DNA from: Spirochaetia bacterium
Lineage (GTDB): Bacteria > Spirochaetota > Spirochaetia > UBA9216
Assembly (NCBI GenBank): GCA_965140585.1
Contig: OZ223272.1
Span: forward strand, 64,001-128,000
DNA: 64,000 nucleotides
Reading direction: 5' to 3'
The notes beneath the pieces were generated by a model, which was given only the letters and a program-made list of their open reading frames with translations, did not search any database and had not been told where the DNA came from. Shown here piece by piece: positions 58,387 to 64,000 of the stretch (positions within the stretch are counted from its first letter, which is position 1; each line of letters starts with the position of its first letter). A program made the position numbers and the translations under genes.

Positions 58387-59829
58387 ATGGCAGTAAAAGA
58401 TCTTCAGGGATTTATTAAACTTCTTGAAAAAAAGGGCGAACTCAAAAGGGTTTCCACAGAAGTCGACAGCTACCTTGAAATAACCGAGATTGCCGACCGG
58501 GTTGTAAAAGAGGGCGGACCTGCCCTTCTTTTTGAGAATGTAAAAGGCTCGGAATACCCGGTTTTCATTAATGGGTTCGGAACCTATGACAGGCTCAATC
58601 TTGCTTTCGGAATAGAGTCTATCGATGATTTTGCTGATCAGATTACAGATCTTCTTGATGTAAGCAGCTATATGGGACTCATCGACAAAATAAAATCGAT
58701 ACCCAAACTGGCCAGAATGCTGGATGTTTTCCCCAGACCGGTTGTCGGCCCCGCAGCCTGTCAGCAGGTGGTGGAGGAGCCGGACCTCGATACACTACCG
58801 GTACTGCACTGCTGGCCCCAGGACGGCGGACCTTTCATGACTCTGCCGCTTGTTTTCACAAGGGATCCGGATACCGGACAGCAGAACATAGGCATGTACC
58901 GGATGCAGGTATTTTCCAAAAATACAACGGGAATGCACTGGCACCTGCACAAAGACGGCCGTGAAATATATGAAAAATACCGTAAAGCCGGAAAGAAAAT
59001 GCCGGTATCGGTAGCCCTCGGCTGTGATCCCGCAATCATCTATTCTGCAACTGCACCTCTGCCGGCTATCATCGATGAAATAATGTTTGCAGGTTTCCTG
59101 CGCAAGGCGGCTGTTGAGCAGGTAAAATGTATAACAAACGATATCAAAGTTCCGGCAAATGCCGAGTTTATCCTCGAAGGCTGGGTGGATCCTGCCGAGC
59201 CTCATGTGCTTGAAGGCCCCTTCGGTGATCACACCGGATACTATTCACTCACAGACTACTACCCGGTTTTTCATGTTGAAAAGATCACCCGTAAGAAAAA
59301 GCCGGTTTTCCCGGCTACCATCGTCGGCAAGCCACCGATGGAGGACTGCTATCTGGCAAAACTTACCGAGAGAACCTTTCTTCCGCTTATAAAGATGATA
59401 AACCCCGAGATCGTAGACATCAACTTCCCGCTGGAGGGTGTTTTTCACAGCTGTGTAATTGTCTCTATAGATAAGAAATACCCCGGCCATGCCAAGAAAG
59501 TCATGAATGCAATCTGGGGCAGCGGTCAGATGATGTACACAAAAATGATCATCGTCGTAGATAAGAACATCAATCCCTCGGATATATCTACTGTAATGTG
59601 GAAGGTCTTCAACAATATTGATGCAAGACGCGACCTGCTTATTACCGAAGGCCCGCTGGATGCACTGGATCATGCATCGCCCCTGCCCCATTACGGAAGC
59701 AGGCTTGGAATAGATGCCACTAAAAAGTGGCCTGAAGAAGGCCACCCGCGTGAATGGCCTGATGACATCGAGATGACGGATGAAGTCAAAGCAATGGTCG
59801 ACAAAAAGTGGTCTGAATATGGCCTTTAA
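58387..59829 (+). CDS. UbiD-family decarboxylase (menaquinone-pathway type)
   Basis: GGPALLFENV, NIGMYR, MHW, EGPFGDHTGYY, GKPPMED, GIDAT. Confidence 0.9.
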   Translation: MAVKDLQGFIKLLEKKGELKRVSTEVDSYLEITEIADRVVKEGGPALLFENVKGSEYPVFINGFGTYDRLNLAFGIESIDDFADQITDLLDVSSYMGLIDKIKSIPKLARMLDVFPRPVVGPAACQQVVEEPDLDTLPVLHCWPQDGGPFMTLPLVFTRDPDTGQQNIGMYRMQVFSKNTTGMHWHLHKDGREIYEKYRKAGKKMPVSVALGCDPAIIYSATAPLPAIIDEIMFAGFLRKAAVEQVKCITNDIKVPANAEFILEGWVDPAEPHVLEGPFGDHTGYYSLTDYYPVFHVEKITRKKKPVFPATIVGKPPMEDCYLAKLTERTFLPLIKMINPEIVDINFPLEGVFHSCVIVSIDKKYPGHAKKVMNAIWGSGQMMYTKMIIVVDKNINPSDISTVMWKVFNNIDARRDLLITEGPLDALDHASPLPHYGSRLGIDATKKWPEEGHPREWPDDIEMTDEVKAMVDKKWSEYGL

Positions 59830-60685
59830 AAAACTGAAGCTGTATGCGGAAATGGTGATGTTTTCGCATACGCTTTTTTCGCTTCCCGTAACACTTGCGG
59901 CAATGCTCATGGCTGCACATGGCTTCCCCGGATGGAAAACGTTCATCTGGATAGTGCTGGCATTTACCGGCGGAAGAAACGCTGCGAATGCCATTAACCG
60001 GATAGTTGACCGCAATATCGATGCAAGAAATCCCAGAACTGCCGGGCGGCACCTTCCGTCGGGAAAACTTCACCGGCGTGATGCCCTTGCTGTCGCAGTA
60101 GCCGGAATGATACTGCTTACCCTTTCAGCGTTCATGCTCAACTGGCTCTGTGTAGTACTTCTTCCGCTGGCCGCCGGAATATTCATACTCTACTCCTATA
60201 CAAAACGTTTCACATGGCTCTGCCATATAATTCTGGGTGCGGCCTGTGCCGGCGGAGCATTTGGTGCATGGGTAGGGGTAACCGCAGGAGCTGAACTTAC
60301 AACCTTCGTTCTGGCTGCGGCCAACGCCGCCTGGGTTGCTGGATTTGATGTAATTTATGCGATTCAGGATATCAACTTTGACCGTGCTGAAGGCCTCTAC
60401 TCAATACCCTCCGTCTTCGGAGAAAAACTGGCAAGACTCGGTGCGGCCGGTATGCATGCTGCATCGGTACTGCTTATGGCAGTCACCGGCTGCCTTCAGG
60501 GGCTGGGTATTATCTATTATGCGGGAGTCGGAATCATCACAGCCCTGTTTATCTTTGAACATTTGCTGATTCTGCCTGAAAGAGTTAAAAAAGATTCAAG
60601 ACTGATTAACTTCGCCGCATACAACATCAACCAGATAATCGGTGTGACTTTCCTTCTTTTTACCGCGCTTGATCTTTTGCTTTAA
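59819..60685 (+). CDS. UbiA-family prenyltransferase (MqnP-like)
   Basis: FSHTLF, NRIVDRNIDARNPRT, YSYTKR, GFDVIYAIQD. Confidence 0.9.
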   Translation: MAFKKLKLYAEMVMFSHTLFSLPVTLAAMLMAAHGFPGWKTFIWIVLAFTGGRNAANAINRIVDRNIDARNPRTAGRHLPSGKLHRRDALAVAVAGMILLTLSAFMLNWLCVVLLPLAAGIFILYSYTKRFTWLCHIILGAACAGGAFGAWVGVTAGAELTTFVLAAANAAWVAGFDVIYAIQDINFDRAEGLYSIPSVFGEKLARLGAAGMHAASVLLMAVTGCLQGLGIIYYAGVGIITALFIFEHLLILPERVKKDSRLINFAAYNINQIIGVTFLLFTALDLLL

Positions 60686-60826
60686 CCATAAAAAGACTTC
60701 TCCCGGTACAAAACGCCCCCGTTGATGCTCCAGATATAACTGTCTGCCCCGGACTTTGCTCATATAATACGACTCGTGTGAAGACTCAAACATAAACACC
60801 CCTTTTATTATAAAAATGATCCAATG

Positions 60827-60915
60827 TTAGATTTCTTTCTAATATTAGATCTATATCTTATATTAATCTATTGATTTAGAACATTTTCGAAATTTTATAT
60901 TAGATATATTTCTAA
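60827..60915. promoter_or_regulatory. Four TTAGA-N6-TCTAA palindromic boxes
   Basis: Copies at 60827, 60845, 60876 and 60900 upstream of the ArsR-type gene. Confidence 0.7.
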
Positions 60916-60933
60916 TTAGTGATAAAATAGCGA

Positions 60934-61974
60934 ATGGAGTTTATATATAACCAGGCAATTGATTTCATTTGTGCTGTTCTGCATTATGCACTCCGGAATG
61001 AAACCGCTGAAAAGAAAACATTCCTGGGTTTGAAAGGAATAGAATCTGTGCAGGAATGGATTGATATAACAGAGAAGAATATTTCACCTTTTCTTGAGAG
61101 TGATATTGAATTACTTGTGAAAAAAATACCTCAGACAAGCTGGCTTCTTATTGAAACTGTAATATCCAATGAAGGTTGCAGCACAGCAGCCGGGTTCCTG
61201 GATATTCTGAACAGCCTCACACCAGAGTATATACAGACCAGGATAAAAAACATTTTAAATCTTCCTCAGGACAAAGTAGTTTCGTATGAGAATATTTTAG
61301 CAATTCTGCCGGAGATTTCATCTTCAGAGAACTCACCTGAGGAAACTGCCAGACTCATCTCATCATTCCTCACTACTCCCGCAGACTTTCTCAAACGTCT
61401 TAAAAATCTGTATAAAATCTTCTATTCAGATTTCTACAGTCAGACAGAGATTAACAATAATGAGCAGATTAAAAGTCTTTTCATTTGGCATAAAGAAAGA
61501 TTTGAACAGGATGAAATCTCATATCTTAACGGTGCAACAAGGGAGCTCTTCAACAATTTCTTTGAGACTAAACAGGGGTTAAACTGTATCTATTTCTCAT
61601 TCTTTCTGGATACAAGTTCGTATCTTTCGACAGATATGCCCATGGTGATAATCGGAGCGGGAACAAAGGACATATTGAATAATCAATCCGACAACAGAAA
61701 AACAGACATACTGTTTTCTGTTCTTGGAGACAGCAAAAGACTTGAAATTCTGCGACTCGTTTCAATAAGACCCTGGTTCAGCAATGAACTGGCAACTCAT
61801 TTCAGAATAACCCCGGCGACAATGTCATATCATCTAAACAAAATGGTGTCATCGAGAATATTGAGTATAAAACCGGGTAGCGGCAGGCGCTATTACTATA
61901 TTGTTAATAAGCAAGAACTTGCCCGCTATCTTCAGGCTGCGAGCAGGGAACTTCTAAACACTGTATCAGTGTAA
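60934..61974 (+). CDS. Regulator with C-terminal ArsR-type winged HTH
   Basis: LGDSKRLEIL..ELA..ITPATMSYHL. Confidence 0.8.
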   Translation: MEFIYNQAIDFICAVLHYALRNETAEKKTFLGLKGIESVQEWIDITEKNISPFLESDIELLVKKIPQTSWLLIETVISNEGCSTAAGFLDILNSLTPEYIQTRIKNILNLPQDKVVSYENILAILPEISSSENSPEETARLISSFLTTPADFLKRLKNLYKIFYSDFYSQTEINNNEQIKSLFIWHKERFEQDEISYLNGATRELFNNFFETKQGLNCIYFSFFLDTSSYLSTDMPMVIIGAGTKDILNNQSDNRKTDILFSVLGDSKRLEILRLVSIRPWFSNELATHFRITPATMSYHLNKMVSSRILSIKPGSGRRYYYIVNKQELARYLQAASRELLNTVSV

Positions 61975-61976
61975 AT

Positions 61977-63167
61977 TTACTTTATGATCATGTTGCGGCC
62001 ATTTTCTTTTGCGTAGTACAGCAGGTTATCTGCACGCTTAATCATCCGGTCAAAATCTTCACCGAAATTTTCCACTACACCGCCGCTCACGGTAACACAG
62101 AAGACATCATTGAAGTCCCAGCACATACATTCAATATTCTCTTTTATCCTGTTTGAAATAATGTAGGCATTTGCAAGATCCGTTTCCGGAAAGATCATCA
62201 GAAATTCTTCTCCCCCATACCTGCCGAAATAGTAGGACTCCCGCAGAGCCTCCTTAACTCTTTTAGAAATTTCAACAAGCACCTTATCTCCTGCTGGATG
62301 GCCGTATTTATCGTTTATATCCTTAAAAAATCTATATCAAACATTAATACTGATAATTTACTTTCGTAGCGGGTCGATCTGACAATCTCCTTTACCAAGG
62401 TATCTGAGATATATTTTCTGTTGTATATCCGGGTCAATCCGTCGATAATTGCCATCTGATGCAGAGTTAAAAGGGCTTCTTCGGCCGCATCTTCCTTAAT
62501 CTTCAAATCATCAATCATTGTATTAAGATAATTTGTTAGTTCGCCGAACCCGGTACCGTATTCAACTTCGATCTTTCCGGTTTCCCTGAAATTCCAGCTT
62601 TATATTATCTTTCCAACCGAATTGGACAGCTCAAGAATGCTGGAGCTTGTTCCATGCTCGGCAATATTCAGGACTATCTCCTTAAATGCCGGAGATACCC
62701 TCAGCGGAGAAAATCTGTTTATTATTTTCATCAGGAGGAGCGTTACCCCAGGCCCTGTGAACGAAAACCGGATATATAAATGCTGAAGTAAGAAAAGACA
62801 TCAGGTATGTGCTGAATTTCGAATACTCAGCTACCGCTCCTGAATCAATCGCAGCTGTTGTTCCGACAAAAACTGCCTGAAAAACAAAAAAGGCGGCCTT
62901 CCAGTTATCCATTTCAAAAATTCACAAAGAAGTCGCTTATACCTATGATTCCGTGAAATGATTCACCGAACATTAGCCGGAACCTATAAACCAGAAAGCC
63001 GCAACCGAAACAATAAAATCAGACATATTCTTGATTGCAACGTTAATTGACTTCATTGCCCGTGTAAGACCTGTCTCAAGAGCCATAAAGCCCGGCTGCA
63101 TCAGAAGAACAGGCCTGGCCGAGATAATAACCCAGAGAACATCACTCATGTTCTTCAACAGTATCAT
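61977..63167 (-). pseudogene. Decayed ammonium transporter-HAMP-GGDEF fusion
   Basis: MQPGFMALETG, FQAVF..SGAVAE, LRVS..LNIAEHG, HAMP-like segment, DGLT..NR, GGEEF; several frameshifts, a stop and a large deletion. Confidence 0.85.
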
Positions 63168-63297
63168 CCATAATCAGTATTTACTAATTTCTAGAAAAAT
63201 ATACCATTCCGACATTATTGTCGAACAGCTCATTTTTTAATACTATTTCGTATGATTTTTCTTGCTCACGACAGTTGTTCTGCATTATGATCTTAAT

Positions 63298-63558
63298 ATG
63301 GAAAGAGAAAAACTTCAAAAATACATTGAGGAACTCAGGGCAGAGCTAGAAAAACTGCAGGACAGCGATACCGAAGCCTCCTCACGCCTGAATACTCTAT
63401 TGAAAAATATCGAAACTTCCGTCGAAAACGATTTTCCGCATTCTGCGGAGATAGGAACATCCGTGCAGGATAACCTCAAATACTTTGAAGCGACCCACCC
63501 TGTTATCACCGAGGCACTTAACCGCATAGCGACCTTATTCAGCAATATGGGAATCTAA
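63298..63558 (+). CDS. DUF4404-family small protein
   Basis: C-terminal FEATHP...LFSNMGI. Confidence 0.75.
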   Translation: MEREKLQKYIEELRAELEKLQDSDTEASSRLNTLLKNIETSVENDFPHSAEIGTSVQDNLKYFEATHPVITEALNRIATLFSNMGI

Positions 63559-63686
63559 GTTCGTATCACTTCTTAATTTTTAATACCCCTTAAATAAAGA
63601 TAATAAAATATCTTAATACTATTGACACAATTCTGTTTAGGTATTATTTTATCGATATATTAAGACCGGTTATTGAGAGGTATAAA

Positions 63687-64000
63687 ATGACTCAGAAAAT
63701 AAACCAAGCAAAACTCATGGAATTCATGCTGACAGAAGAAGGCCTGCACTTTGAATCAAATGAAGACTGGAACGTAATAGCCGAGCACGTGAACGTTCAT
63801 CATCAGTTTCTGATTGAACAGCTGGGCGGATATGTAACTTACAGCCAGGCACTTTACTCCTGGTATGAGAACATCTACGAGGCGCTGAAACTCGGTATTG
63901 AAATCAGCAACCTCAATTTGAAGTTTAATAAAATGAGCTCAGGCGAACTTTACATTGCTGTTTCTGATCACTGGTACAACCTTAAAGTAAACAACCCAGA
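63687..64000 (+). CDS. DUF4032-like protein (runs out of window)
   Basis: My translation: MTQKINQ...IAEHVNVH...SWYENIY...ELYIAVSDHWYNLK; GAGAGG RBS; TTGACA at 63622. Confidence 0.65.
   Translation, partial: MTQKINQAKLMEFMLTEEGLHFESNEDWNVIAEHVNVHHQFLIEQLGGYVTYSQALYSWYENIYEALKLGIEISNLNLKFNKMSSGELYIAVSDHWYNLKVNNP

Noticed and set aside
59245-60015. 256-aa - strand ORF
   Set aside because: Antisense to the ubiD/ubiA-family genes.
61977-62282. Stand-alone 101-aa GGDEF protein
   Set aside because: Lacks the domain N-terminus, which lies in the upstream frame; part of the pseudogene.
1-64000. rRNA, tRNA, CRISPR array, cas, integrase or transposase genes
   Set aside because: None recognised; intergenic gaps are short and show no regularly spaced repeats.

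Overview
A 64-kb gene-dense bacterial chromosome segment, probably from a free-living anaerobic spirochaete (inferred from FAxGxxE-type export signals, a DUF4032-like ORF and many CUT2 sugar ABC systems). No rRNA, tRNA, CRISPR array, integrase or transposase was seen. Contents in order: an AT-rich LysR/esterase/SLC13/MBL cluster; lon, a GH3 glucosidase, DUF1007 and a Ni/Co transporter; a polyol ABC locus with a frameshifted Zn-dehydrogenase; a trpE-GD-CF-B-A operon; a sugar ABC operon facing a sigma-54 two-component pair and an L-xylulose-type catabolic operon; an MbfA-like exporter; an SDR/LysR/MFS/ene-reductase locus split by a Thermotoga-type iolGMNO inositol cassette; apbE-ubiD-ubiA; and a decayed Amt-HAMP-GGDEF gene. 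The top candidate for an undescribed system is a soluble sensor kinase whose input is a sugar-ABC ATPase domain (NBD-PAS-HisKA-HATPase). It is paired with an NtrC-like activator and a visible -24/-12 promoter for the adjacent transporter, which suggests a transport-flux sensor. Second is the 10.9-kb inositol cassette, bounded by an exact 18-bp direct repeat inside a terminator and carrying no mobility gene. Protein calls rest on motif recognition only; no database search was run.
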